This document shows, piece by piece, positions 1-13,136 of a stretch of DNA of 64,000 nucleotides. Each line of letters opens with the position of its first letter. Position 1 is the first letter of the stretch. Source of the DNA: Sarea resinae (lineage: Eukaryota); contig JAPEUD010000015.1 of assembly GCA_026026165.1 (NCBI GenBank), forward strand, positions 124,001 to 188,000, given 5' to 3'. The notes beneath the pieces are model-generated. The model was not told where the DNA came from, made no database searches, and saw only the letters and a program-made list of their open reading frames with translations. The position numbers were made by a program, and so were the translations under genes.

Positions 1-849
1 CCAGATACGTTGCAGGTCTTGGATCAGGGTATCGCGGAGATTCGCGAGTGGTGTAGTACCGATGTGATCTCGAATAACAAAAAATAAGAGAGATCGGGGA
101 GTAGAGCTACAGGGCGATTAGCAAGCAGAATATAGGGCTGGACACTCCCAATAGGCACTCACTTCTTGTCTTTCAGAAACAGTTGCAAATTAACCTCGAA
201 CACGGTCTTGAGAAGACCCATGTTAGCGCCCTGATAGAGGCCGACCTGATGCTCCCATATGTTCACAATCAGGACCTCGCTCGTAGCAAGCGCAAACAGG
301 GCGCTCTTGCGCTCAAAGTCCTGGTCCTCTCCGCGCTCTCTTCCGTCGGTGCCCTCGACGTCCATGACCAGAATGTTCTCGGCCATCTTCTTCAGAGCGC
401 CTTCCTCATTTCCGCGCTTGTTCTTGGACATCCATATTCCTTTGGTCGTTTGCCGCCGTTCCGACTCGGACATGACCCCGAATTCGGTACCGAACAGGTA
501 ATTGAGAAGCGTTGACTTTCCGGTTGATTGCGAACCAAAGACGGATATGAGGTGATAGTTGAAGCCGGCTGGTATGATCCGCTCGACGGACAGGTACGTT
601 GGGAGATTCGGGCTGACGACGGTCGCGATCAGCATCTCTCTGCAGGGCAAAGCCACCAAACGCAACGCTGGGCACCTACTTGAACTCCTTATCCTCGTTG
701 ATGACCTGTATGCCATGCTCATATTGCTCTCTCGTGGGCGCTTCGCCCACCGAGGCAAAGTGCGCGTTCACCGACAGAACAGATGGAGCAGTGGGATACC
801 TATTCGGGACCGATGGCCTGTGGTTGCCGTTGGCTTGGGGAGCCGACAT
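1..849 (-). CDS. SEY1: Sey1/RHD3 atlastin-like ER-fusion GTPase, 5' part (continues beyond the left edge)
   Basis: ATG at 849. Introns 613-679 and 107-162 (GT..AG). Spliced protein reads MSAPQANG...HFASVG...[17 protein letters not shown]...[18 protein letters not shown] (P-loop), [36 protein letters not shown], then SLIFFVIRDH. Confidence 0.97.
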
Positions 850-1515
850 GACGGACTTTGCGATGGCAAGAGTGGCGGCGGGTTATCGGCAAAGTCTCGA
901 CAATGGCCTGGCGGCTCGAAGGAGGAGATGAGAGGGTCTGACGCGCACAACGCAATTGTTTCGGGCGTGGAGGGACGATGTATGGCAGGTAGAGTGATGA
1001 GGCGGGCAATTGCTAAAGATTGGGGGAGGATACAGTAGGTTGAGGTCTGGACGTATTATGTACGGAGTAGGTATTATTGTTGTGAGCTTCGGTGTGTCGT
1101 AGTGTCGGGTTACTGGCTACGGGGCCGGTACCTCGCCCACTATGGGCAGACCCATACATGTACCAGGTACTTGTCCTGTCACGCTAGACTGGATTCGACC
1201 CAGGTCATCCGCCCGGGTCATGGACGCCGCTGGAGCAATCATTCCCCTCCAGACTGCGAGTATCTGCGAATATCTACGTTCACATTCATTCATAGCTATG
1301 TTGTCTGCATGTCATATGGACTTCTCTCACATTCATCTCGCATTCATCCACATCCTATACCCTCTAATCACCTCGGGAACCGGAAAGAAAGAAAAGCCTC
1401 CCCACTGTAGCTGGAGAAGAGCGGAACTACGTCAAATGGGTATCATGTACGAACGCAACGTCAAGCAGACTCGGTGACTAAGCCTCAACACTAAAGCAAT
1501 AGGCTCCCATAGTCA

Positions 1516-2515
1516 TCACTCAGGGTCCTTGTCGTGCTCGTGACTGCATGCGCTGGTAGGTCCAAAGTAATGCCGATGTGCCTCCCAGTGGTGCTGGAGG
1601 GCATCATGGAGATCGCCAGAGAATTCGTGCAGTGGGTCGACAGTGATATCCCCCGTCGAGATCTCGTCGGCCTCGTCTCCTTGGTCGATGTGATACTCCG
1701 GCGAGATGTGCGCATAGCCGGTCATCGACCATACCTGTGACGGTAGATGCGGGACCATGTCGTCCGTGTGGGTAATCCTGTAGCTTCCTCCGCTCTGCTG
1801 TTCCGTCAATCGGGCGAGATGGCCACCGCCGACACGGGGGGCTCCGTACGTGTACTGTTGAAGATGGTCAGGCACATGGCCAGCGCACCTGTGGCGGTAG
1901 ACCGAGAGCAAGGATGCTTACCAGAGTAGCAGCAGTGTGCCCCTTTCTAACATCCGCAGCGGCCAAAGTGGCAACTGCTCCTCCAAGTGAATGTCCCGTG
2001 ATGACCAGCTGGTATCCCGGATTTGAGTCCATAGCATCCTTGATACCCGCGAACACCACACCTCTGATCTCTTTCCAGGACTGCCAGAAGCCAGCATGCG
2101 CGCGACAATTGAAACAAATATCGGTGAAGGCCTTCTCGAGGTTAAAGTCCATGATCCAGTTCTTGATCTGCGCGGATCCCCGAAAAGCCACGACGATGAC
2201 CTCGTTCGAAGGATCGACGGCAATGAATCCCGTAGTGTCAGCAATTGCAGTGTCCTGGAACTCTTCGGTCGTATTGGCGTTGGCGGCCTCGACAAGGGGA
2301 CAGTTACCGGACGAGCAGAGCACCTGGGAGAAGGGCGAGTCATTGTTTCCGACGCAGTACGCGGCTGCAGCGTACTGAGCGTACAGCTTGAAATTCCCTA
2401 ATAACTCCTCCGAGATAGCTTCGCGTGCGTACCCGACTTCTAAGGATGCACAAATGCCATGCGTCATCAGCCAACTGATGGCTACCAAGAGCCAGACACT
2501 ACCGCAATGAACCAT
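1516..2515 (-). CDS. Secreted class 3 lipase (mono/diacylglycerol lipase or feruloyl esterase-like)
   Basis: Hydrophobic signal peptide, YAQYAAAAYC, VVAFRGS, AHAGF and the nucleophile elbow GHSLGG. After intron 1855-1921: YTYGAPRVG, HTDDMVPHLP (catalytic Asp) and AHRHYFG (catalytic His). Confidence 0.93.
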
Positions 2516-3624
2516 TGAGTTGATACCGAATAGAAACAGCTTGAGTTATGAAGGACCAAAGCAATAAAGGGACGAAAATGATTGCTTAGGAGAGATGACT
2601 CGGTAGAGAAATCTCAAAGTCCTCACGGGCTTGACACGGGCAAGAAGCGCGAAGAAAGATGGCGTGGGAAAAGATGAAGACCAGAGACATTCAAAAGCGC
2701 GAGAGGGCCGTCCTGAGTGGGTGCCGTCCAGGGTGGGTGGATGCAGCTCTTATGTCCAGAGCTCAGAGTTGGGCACCCGGCAGGTACAGCATTCAACAAC
2801 TAGACAATGTGAAGTCAAGTCCATCGTATATGTCCTCGGCGACAACGAAGAGGACATGTAAGTACCAACAAAATCAGTACATGGGAAGGCAAGACCTGGA
2901 TTAAGCCAGATACCTATATTGCTAAAGATGGGTGTCGAGATGTACCAGAGCCAGTAGCTCCGATCGATACCGGACAGCCCAAATTGATATGTCGGCTACT
3001 GGGAAACACTGTGAAATTACCATATCGTCTACTCATTAGCAAGACAGACTGAACTTCCCTTAGGAACGATGCCATGTTGTCAATGTAGACACACACCTTA
3101 AACGGGGGCCCTGCCTGTTCAATGCACAACCAATGAGATCCTTCCGTCTCAGAACGTGTGAAGCTGTGTATCAATTGTCATCTGTTTGCGGGCCATCAAG
3201 TAGTAGACATGATTTGATACTGAAAGTCTGAGCTTGAGAAATGAACAGCACCCAAGAACAGGCTACAAAACAAAGCCTCACAAAATCGACAATCATCGCT
3301 ATGCATAGAAACGAATGTAGTGCTGTTAAAAATTGAGATCCTGCCCCAACTCTGCACATCGCATAAGGCGAGCAGTCCACAGGACTATAATTGCTGGCTC
3401 GGCATGAAGAAAAAATGAATGTAATGCCGTCTCACTTAGGACCTGCCTTACCATCCTATATCTTCCTAAACCACAATGGAACCTTCGAGGCGTATGTAAA
3501 AACGGAATTCCGGCCATTCATGAAATGAGACATCATTCTCGTGACAACGCACATATTCTCAGAAGCTATCGAAAAAAGCGTTGCGAGTTCCCGACATTCC
3601 TGAGCCAGCGAGTAGGTTGTTGAC

Positions 3625-5036
3625 CTACACAGCCACAGAGATGTCTCTTGCATGGCTGCGTTTCTGGGTTGAATTACCCAGGATCGCCTCGATCATAGTC
3701 TCGAGTTGCTCCAACAATCCTTTGAGTTTCGGATCGCTGAGCGTAGGGTCTGCACTCTCACTCGGAGAAGCGCCAGCTGAGGTACCAGAAGCAGAGGCAA
3801 TCGGAAGCGTGCTAGACGGGACAACCGAGGGGACATCGGCATTTCGGCTGACACTAGGGGTGTAAGCGGGTACCTTGCTGGGTGAGGCCACAACAGACGC
3901 GGACGGTTCGCCAGGCTGGCTAGAAATGGTTGTCGTGTCTTTCACAATGCTTGTCACGGTGTTTTGGGAAGACCTTATACTAGTCACCAACGTAGGAGCC
4001 GATGTTATCGCAGGAGCCGAAGTTATCGAAGGAATGGATTTTATCGAGGTTGGCGACGAAGAGTTCCAGTTTGAACTTGCTGAATACGAGACCACTTTGA
4101 TTGCACTTGAAGTGGCTGAAGTGGCTGAAGTGGCAGAAGTGACAGCTTCGCTTGTGATAGATGCGCTAGAACTTCCAGCGGATGTGGTCGTAGCGGCGGT
4201 CGCGCTTCCAGTAGAATTTCCTTGAGAAACGGAGACTGCACCACTATATAGCGTAGGTCCGGGAACAGTGTAGGTCGTCAGGGTCGTGTATATATTGATC
4301 TCAATTCCTGGATCAGTGTCCTTATAGAGAGATTCACCAGCAACGCCTGCAGGGCTATCCGTGCCACTTCCGGTAATCTGTAGGTTAACGCACTGAGGAT
4401 AGTTCTGCGCCCCGTCGACTTCCCCAGCAGAGTGAAGAGCTATGATCTCGTGTCTTAGGACGTAGTTGCCAGGCGCAATAGTTGGAGGAATCTCGACGAT
4501 CCAGGTGTTGTTGTTGGCGATCAACTGGTCAGAGGCCCACACCCCGGGTTGGGTATCATACTCAATCAGGCCGACGCCATCGATCTTGAAAAATTCGAGT
4601 GAGGTCTTGTCAACAGTCTCACATTCGCCATTGCAATTTGCCAGATAGTCAATGACGGGGCCGTGATGAGACGTTGGCCAGTCAGTCCATTCAAGTTCGA
4701 TCTTGGACCCTGCAGAAACTGTGGCATGAGCACCACCAGGCGTGGCACCCTTGTGGCATATGATATCGGGGCCAGTGTAGTTGACCGGGGACACGAAGCC
4801 ATTATCTTGATCTTCCGGGATTGACCAGCCAATGACGGTCGGAGGAGTCTGCTCATACTGGTAGGAAGGCTTATAGCCCGGATAGCTGAGTGAGAGTTAG
4901 ATCCGTCGACTGCCAATGGGCTACAATAAACTCACTATGTTCCATCTGCGACGATACCAGAGAGAAGGCCGTGAGCAGTCACCAGCGGTGCCGAAGCCAA
5001 GGCTCCAAAGAGCGCGAAAACCGTGAGCGTAGACAT
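3625..5036 (-). CDS. AA9 (GH61) lytic polysaccharide monooxygenase with long Ser/Thr-rich C-terminal extension and no CBM1
   Basis: Signal peptide [21 protein letters not shown] followed directly by His1 (HGLLSG). Intron 4886-4935. Motifs [43 protein letters not shown] and YTVPGP. Confidence 0.96.
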
Positions 5037-6596
5037 ATTCGAAGCCGAGGGATGCTTTTGAAGCGTAAATCCAACGAGGAGAAGGGCAAAAGGATGGTAA
5101 AAACGAATGGATATGAATAGAGGCAAATCGTCTTCAATCAATGAAGATGATGTTGGTGTTAAAGAATGTCGAGGGTCAAAAAACCCAAGGAGCTGAAGAT
5201 GAAAGCGATTTTGAAAGAAGACCCTGTCTTGCAGAAGGAAAGCGAAATCCCCAAGGGAAGGAAGATATCTTATATCTTCAGCAGAAAAAGGAGATACAGA
5301 AGAGAACACTATCCGAACGAAAGAATACGCCCATTTCACATGCATGACACGGAATACAGTCGGCCATTCGGTCTCCGCCGGGAAATGTGAAGGCCGTCTC
5401 TCGTAAAGAAAGGCGAAGCCCCGCTCTGCGAAACAGCTTCGACGTGGGGATGATTGACGGAACAGATTTGGTGTCGCACGTCAAGCCACCCCAGGGCCAT
5501 GCTGTAACCGGGAAAATTCGATGCTTTCTCTGTGCGAGCTTATTTCAAACAAGCACTCCGTTCGTAAAGGGCACTTGTCAGCACATGGCACCAGGATGAA
5601 GCTTGGGAAAGGAAGCCGATTGATCGGTGGTAAGGGGTCCGGCGGCAGACTCTCGAGTACTCATATCAAGTACGAGTGTAGAGTAATTTAGCCGTGTTTC
5701 GCATCCATGCATGCGAGTTTCGCCAATGCTGCCGGCGGCGTTCTACCTCTGAGAGCCACTCGGCCGTTACCAGATGCAGACGGGACGGCGGTATCACGGT
5801 GACAACATTCCCTGCAGTGAATCAAAACCACCGGCCCTTTCTGCACGTTCTGGCGTGAATCGAAGTGATACGGACGGATCTTGAGGATCTCGAGGATCGT
5901 GAGGAACTGTACGGAGTACTCGTACTTCGGACCTGCATTGCACGGAGCCCGTGCTCATGCGACTACGGTACCACTTCCTCAGTAGTCGTCCGGTCGGGGT
6001 GCAGCTCAAACGTTGGAGGATGGCCTCGACCCTTTCTTTGTCGCCTAACTCGTATGGGCTAACGGATATTGCTGAACGCCACAGCGGGTATCTAATAGAC
6101 ATAGGGATCTGCCGGATTGTTCTCTGACACTTCGCATAGGGTCTAGGCATCAACGGTGGAATCGATCCTGAGGGGATCCAAAGTCCGAAGGGAATTCTCG
6201 GTTGTAAACAGCAAGTCAGCTCACTGGCTGAATCATAGAGGCTGGTTCGGTATTCATCGATATACATGCGTTCTATATGGACAGAAACAAAACAAGGCTC
6301 CGTTGCTCTCTTCTCGCAAGAGAGCGATGCAACAAATGTAAATGCGCCGATATCTAATTTGCTCCTCCCGCTTTTGCAAGGGTGCTATGCCAGAACTCCA
6401 TTTGCGCCGACGTTATTAATGCGCTCCTCCGACTACCGATGGGAACCTTGAAAGCCATAATGGCTGGCGGTCCCTACTGTCCAGTCGCAGAGACGGCCTC
6501 CCAGTGGAAAGGCTTCCCAAAGATATGTCCTATGCTATGCTCCCACAAGAGCCAATGTCTATGGTCAAACTGTATGCGCTCAGCATCACTGTGTCC

Positions 6597-8077
6597 TCAA
6601 GGAGTCGCATTGGCCGTGACCACGTCGTCCCTTACGTAGGTAAGTATATACGGTGTCCAATTCCCATTGGGTTTGGTCGCGTGCGTCAATTTTCCAAGGG
6701 AAGACTGTGCGTCATCCAGAACCCGCCATTTCTCATCCGGCCCCTTTGCAACGTTCTGGTAATGCCCCTGATGAAGATTGCCAGCGTGATGGACCACAGA
6801 CGACAAGCGGTACTTCAAAGTACCCTGCTCTCGCTGGGCCAATTCACTCGAGTAGAGGCTGAGATCGAGCTTCTCCCCGAAGTTTACTTTATCGGAGATC
6901 TTGGTCGACCCCCTGTGGTCCACTTGGAAACGCTTTAGGGGAAGCACGAGAACGTCCGGCGCCAAGGAAATTGAGATGGTCCTCTTCTTATCACTCTGAT
7001 GTTGACAATGAGAGCATCGAACGCCTTGAAGGACTTCGTTGAAGTAAGGTTTGACATAGTTCGGAAGAGAGGGCAGTTTCTGCTTTGGTCGAAGCTGTAT
7101 AGCAAGCTCTAATTCTTGAGCTGAAGGTTGCTGAGTGACACGCTTGCAGCGCGGGCACTTATAGCGAGACTGAAGCTCGATGCCAAACATGCCATCGATA
7201 ATGTCCGCTTGCCTAAGAAATATGGTGAGCTGAAGCCGGTAATGGCCCAAAAGTAGCTGACTTACTGCTGTAGAAGCTGAGACCTCATTGTTTGTACTAT
7301 CCAATGAAGAAATTCCTGTGCATCCTGTTGCGTGTTCGGAGGAAGGCTCCAGCCAACTATTTTCATCGCGATTAGCTCAAGTCATTAATGGGGGCAAGCA
7401 AGAAGAAACGTACTATTTCTGCAAAGTCTGTCAATACGAACGAGTTGGGCTTTAATAGTGCCCAGAGTAGTGCCAGCTTGCCAGTATGAATCTTTAAGGT
7501 CCCTAAGATGGCAAGCCAAGCATTTCTGAGCTTCAACTAGGCCTAGGGTAGCAAGTCAGTGAATGTAATTGAAAACATCGGTCAAAGATACGCGATTATT
7601 TACCCTGGTGCTGCCTATGGTCTTCTGCGAGCCAATTAAGGAAAATAGGTAAATGCATTAACGTCTGTAGAGTGCTCCGACGATAGCAGAGCACCCGCGG
7701 GTTCCACATGCCTTGTGAACGAAGGCCGTTCTCTCGAAGCGGGCCCCAGGACCTTGAGATGTGTTGTGACTAGGGCATTGTTTAGCAAGGGACAATCAGG
7801 CCATTTGCTAAGGACTACTTACTTTCTGTTTGCGCCGGGCCTGCCGAGCGTTTTCGTTCTTTCGTACAATCTTCCTTGGCCTCAATTGCACCATTTTCGC
7901 TTCGTCTTCTTTTGTCAAATGAGATGCTGGAACGAATCTGATTGGATTTAGGAGTAGAGCTTCCAGAGCTTGAGCTTGGGCCTTTGATGGGATTTCTGAG
8001 GAAGAGAAGCTGGATATCCATGTGGGGAAAGGGGCCCTTAAATAAGCCCCTCCGGAGGGTTTCATCATGATAGCCAT
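6597..8077 (-). CDS. Divergent ubiquitin-specific protease (peptidase C19), about 5 exons; start codon uncertain
   Basis: Manual splicing joins a Cys box (GMWNPRVLCYRRSTLQTL, about 7660-7712), CLACHL, QQDAQEFLHW, two CxxC pairs (CPRC, CSHC), PDVLVLPLKRF and a His box (VVHHAGNLHQGHY...WRVLDD). Confidence 0.82.
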
Positions 8078-8964
8078 TGTGACGATCGACAAAGACGAAC
8101 AATAGAACACACAGAACTGTCTTTATGACGTGGAAGAAAGAAGATAGAAGGCTTTGTGGGCATACAAGAGATGAGAATACAGTTATAAGAGGATGAGCAA
8201 TAAGACAAGGCGCAAACAAAGGCAGTCCGTTCTAATAAAAGAAAATTCTAGATCAAAGATTAAAGACCAAAGAAAAAAGCTTAGTTTGTGACAGAACCGC
8301 ACAATCAAGTGATGGGATGCTCGGCAGTTGACAGTGAATGCCCGAAATCTTCTTCTGCCCTTTCTGGAAATCGAGACATGGAGAAACGATGATGATGGCT
8401 GTAGAGCTCAGGTGCTTCAGGCGATGACCGCAAAGCACCCTTGACTCATGGCAGGTGGCAAGATCAACGATGATCGATCAGTCTGAGAATCAGGTCCACG
8501 GCGTCTGGACAATGACTGGGACGCAAGGTAACAGGCAGAAATGGGGATGAATGGGGGATCCTCCATCGAAGACTTCAACATGACGGGATTGAAGCTTGAG
8601 GTTTTATCGGGCGCTGGCGGAGATACCTTTTTCCGATCTGCTCTATGCGACCTCTGGAGGCAGGGCATCCGTCGTAGGTATGCCGTACCCATCTGGTAGA
8701 TGTACACGCTATGTACGGACGAGGGTACCTACATGTACCTGCCTCCGAGCTCAATACTGCAGTAAGCCGCACCTTAATCCTTCAGCCCTGCCAGGGCCAT
8801 TAGCAAGGTTTCTCCACCGTCGTGACACAGTAGGAACTTCGTACTTCGTACTTGGTGCACTTCCCAATATCAATGAATGGCTGAGATTGTTCCTCATTTA
8901 CCATTCGCTCCCAATTTCCGTATTTTCCACATTCTTCGACCAGATCGACCAGATCAACCAAACC

Positions 8965-10029
8965 ATGTCCGTCGATCACTCTGTTCAGACTGGGGCTGGG
9001 GAGATCAGCAGCTCTCCCGCACGAGATGCTGATGCTGATGCTGATACTGCTTATGAGGAGGAGCATGTTCATCGAGTCTATGAGCAGATTGCCTCCCATT
9101 TCTCCTCGACACGATACAAGGTCAGCATTGCATCCCGATATCTTTGCCTTATTGGGCATCTTGGCCTATCCCCACCTCTTCACAGCGGCTACTGAATCTC
9201 TCTCTAGCCATGGCCAATCGTTGAGCGCTTCTTGAAAGAACTTCATCCGGGCTCGATTGGACTGGACATAGGTTGCGGTAATGGTAAGTACATGGCCGTG
9301 AATCCGAACATTTTCATCATTGGATCCGATCGGTGAGTCAGGAATCTTTCGATGCTTGTATAGATTTGATAACTTTTGAGCTGTTGTCGGTTGCTAAGTC
9401 TGTTCAGATCCACCAATCTCACTAAGATCGCCTCCCAACATCAGCCTCATGCCGCCATAGTAGCGGACAACCTCTTCCTCCCTCATCCCATGTTTCTGTT
9501 CGATTTTGCTATATCCATTGCCGTGATTCACCACTTATCAACGTCCAAGAGGCGGATTCAGGCTATTCAAGAAATACTCAAAGCCCTTAGATCACCATCC
9601 GTTCATAAACTTGGTGCGGACGAAAATAATGAAGCAAAAGAGCCCGAAGGCAGAGCGTTGATATATGTCTGGGCTTTGGAGCAAAAAAGCAGTCGTAGGG
9701 GTTGGGATGAGGGGCACGAGCAGGATGTCATGGTGCCATGGGTAATGAAAGGAAAGGGTGACGCAGGGCGACCAGAAGACGCAAAGAAAGGCCGGCGTGC
9801 CCGCATCGACAAAAAGCAGCCTGGCCTTGGTGATGAATCTATCAAAGAGGATACGAAAGAAACCGAAAATCACCCCACGGAACAGTCAAGGACCTTCTTA
9901 CGGTACTATCACCTCTATCGTTCTGGCGAGCTCGAACAAGATATCGTCGCGGCCGGCGGTGCTATAGTGGAATCTGGTTATGAAAAGGATAATTGGTGGG
10001 CAATCGCCATTCGAAAACCGCCATCTTGA
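8965..10029 (+). CDS. TRM9: tRNA (carboxymethyluridine(34)-5-O)-methyltransferase
   Basis: YEEEHVHRVYEQIASHFSSTRYK|PWPIVERFL...GLDIGCGNGKY...GSDR|S...FDFAISIAVIHHLST...LIYVWALEQ...QDVMVPW...RYYHLY...YEKDNWW. Introns 9121-9207 and 9333-9407. Confidence 0.95.
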
Positions 10030-10257
10030 AACACACCTTCTTCCTTCACTCTATAGTGTTCCTTGCACTCTTGTCGACCAAGTTTAGCCAAGAGCAGTGC
10101 ACGCAATGCAAGGGAAGAGTATGATATGAAACACCCAGAAAAAGGACCTGTTCTGAACCAAGGCAATCCCCACCAACTCAACATCAATCGACGCCCATTT
10201 CTCAGTATTACCCCCTTGAAGCACCTTTACATTCCATAACGCCATTGATGATGCTCA

Positions 10258-11065
10258 CTATCTGTCTGACCGAGGAATGTCCCCGGGGTATTCCTGAGAA
10301 GATCGAGTATTGTCTCCTATTGGTCCTCCAAACATGGCAAACGCTGTGGATCCTGCTGCTACTTCAGCAACAGAGGGTAGCTGGGGTGGCATCGATCGTG
10401 TGACTGATCCTCTTCTTGATCTGGAAGTGGTCGTGCTCGGTCGACGAACCTTGTTTGGTGGATCTAGCGACGTACTCGAAAGTGAGAAAGGCACGACGCC
10501 TGCCCGACGAGCCATATCCTGCTCACCGAGCTGCCAGTGCATGGCCTCTGCCGCACGCCACGGAATGGCCATCTCTTCTGCAACCTTGGCCCACATCTCT
10601 GGCTTAAATCTAAGTTGTCGTCAGACCCGACTTGGTTTCTCAAATTGTGGGTAGGGGATCATTTGCGGCAGCCAGCTGTTGCCAGTCTTACCTCTCGTAC
10701 AACCGAGCAAGCTTGTTCTTCCGCTCCTCATCCCATTCGCTTCTTCTCTCGAGGTAATTTTGATAGTGCAGCCTACAACTTATGGCACTCCGGCCTGGGA
10801 GCCTCTTGCTGATGTCCTCCCATTTCATCCCCCGCCCTCTGAGATCAATGATCAACGCGTCCTCATCTGGCGACCACTTCGACTGCTTCTTCGCTGGAGA
10901 TTCCGCCGCATGAGCTGGCAAACTTCGCTTATTTGTCGTCGCTGACGACGGAGTCACAGTAACATTCGAGCTAAAAGCTGGTGATGCTGTTGTCGCGGTT
11001 GGGGGGACTGAAGATGACCTAGTGGATACACTAGGCGGTGAGGACTCATCTTGGTCCTTTGGCAT
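10258..11065 (-). CDS. Myb/SANT-domain transcription factor with two Myb-like repeats; may start at GUG 11086
   Basis: KKQSKWSPDEDALIIDLRGRGMKWEDISKRLPGRSAISCRLHYQNYL...WDEERKNKLARLYER|FKPEMWAKVAEEMAIPWRAAEAMHW. Intron 10610-10691. Confidence 0.92.
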
Positions 11066-13103
11066 AAGGAGCAGTGAGATATCCACGGTGGGCGGTTGAA
11101 CAGAAGAAAGCCTCTGGAGGTCATATAGTAGAAAGATCCTGGGTTGATTGCTGTACAACGTTTCTGATCAAAGTGAAGGGCAATGTCTTTTTCCCTCTTG
11201 TTGTTTGTCCACCGTTCGTTACTGTGGCGGTGAAAAACGGGGCCCTCCCTTCTCTGACGCGAACGTCTAGGCGGATGTCTCTCGACGAACGACAGATGTT
11301 TGTGCAGATGGATCGGCTCGGGCCCGGACGGTCGAGCGTGGGGAATCTAGGATGGGGCGGGATGGGATGGGGTGGAATAGGTATATCAAGATCTAAGACT
11401 TACGAACTCGATGCTCTTGCTTCGTCCGGACTAACAACAGAAAGAGGCAGGGTGAACAATAATAACAGAGGCAAAAAGCTGCCCTTGAAAGCGTAAGCCC
11501 CAAAGATACATAGGCAGCCAGCCAGCCAGCCAGCCGGATTCAGAAAGACGCGCCTGCGGGCGCTCCCTGGTCGACTTCGCCTGCTACCTAAGTGTTCGGG
11601 TTCCTCGCCAATGGAATCGGCAGCCACAGGTTCCAATCTCGTCGATCCAATGAACATGGATGCGCATGGATGATGTCGACGTCGAACCAAAATTGGCACC
11701 GGCGCGGGATCAGCGTGGCCGAACGCGAGTAAGGTAAGATAGAGTAGGTCAGTCGAAGTGTAAGGGTCAGTGTAAGGCAAGTAACAGTCGCCTCAGGCAA
11801 TGTGCCCATCTAGCGTCCTGCCCTACCCTGGCTTGCCCTGACCGGTCCTGGCCTGTCCTGACCGGTCCTGGTCTTGCCCGACCCTGCCGGTTACCTTCGT
11901 TGCCTTGGCCAACCACCTTATCTGCTTCACCGGGGCTACTTGCTATGCTCTCCACTGGGGCTCTACTTTGCACATACATGATACCTCGGTATGAATCGAC
12001 TGCGTTCGAAGCATTTCAGGTCTGCTCGTTTCCTCCCTCCTCGCCCACGCGTGGGCACAGAAGAAAAACCACACGTACGGTCAGGTAAGGTAGGGTAGAT
12101 GGCCAGATGCCAACTCATGCGGGAACCATTGACGCCATGTCCATGCCATGCCGGACCCGTCCATGGATGTCCTGCCATGCCATGTCTCCTGTGGGGGCAG
12201 GGATCTCTGATGGGGATCGGAGAATTAGGCAGGGCACTATCTACGGTAGGTAGGGCACTCTGAACAGATGGACCGGTGATGTATGCCTTTATGAGACACG
12301 GAGACAGGGAGCCCCGGGCCTGTTCGAAGGTTCTTGACGAACGGGGCAACTATGACGGATGAGGATGACGGGTTTAAGCCACCTGGCACCGAGTCGAGTA
12401 AGCAAAGTTGGGTAGGTACTCTAGTCCTTCGGGTGTCATAAGGCAATCTCTTTCCCGTTATAAATGAATTATTTACAACGAGACCTTTCCTGTTCCCTAG
12501 TTACCTACTCACGGTCTAAATCAAGACAAGCCACTGCCCTTTGTCGGGTTGTCATTCAATCCAACGATTAGCCATCCACATCAACGAGCTTCACCGAGGT
12601 GTCAACGCTTTCTATCTTTCCACACAAATCTCCACGGCAACATGAGTAACTGCAGATCAGCATGGACAGCTCAACGAAGGCAGGTAGGCAGGCAGGTGAG
12701 TTCGGTAGGTGGCCGACATGAAGGACGCAGCCGAAACGTCAGAACGGGCCAAGTTGCAAGTTGCGGTGAAGAGGAAGAAGGTAAGTTTTTACGATACCTA
12801 GGTGGGAGTGTAAGGTACTTACCTACCTTGCCCTACCTACCTGAGGTAGTGGAGATAGGATTCTCTAGACTAGAGCCCAGTAGAGTAGAACATATTACAG
12901 AGACGAACGACGAACACCCACCCCCCCTAGAGCTGTAGGCTAAGGCCGGGCTAGCAAGCAACCCCTCGCAGCTCGAACATGCTCGCGCGTGTCGAAGTGT
13001 CAACCTAAACTGCACCGTGTAGGTCATCGTACTTGAACGTACTCTTGCAACGAACCATGATCTACAGAACCCATACGAGCAGGGCGGGGTTGTTGACCGT
13101 TTG

Positions 13104-13136
<33 letters not shown>

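Noticed and set aside
1490..1520. TGA-CTA readthrough context after the lipase stop
   Set aside because: It is the second of two tandem stops (TGA TGA CTA), so readthrough is implausible.
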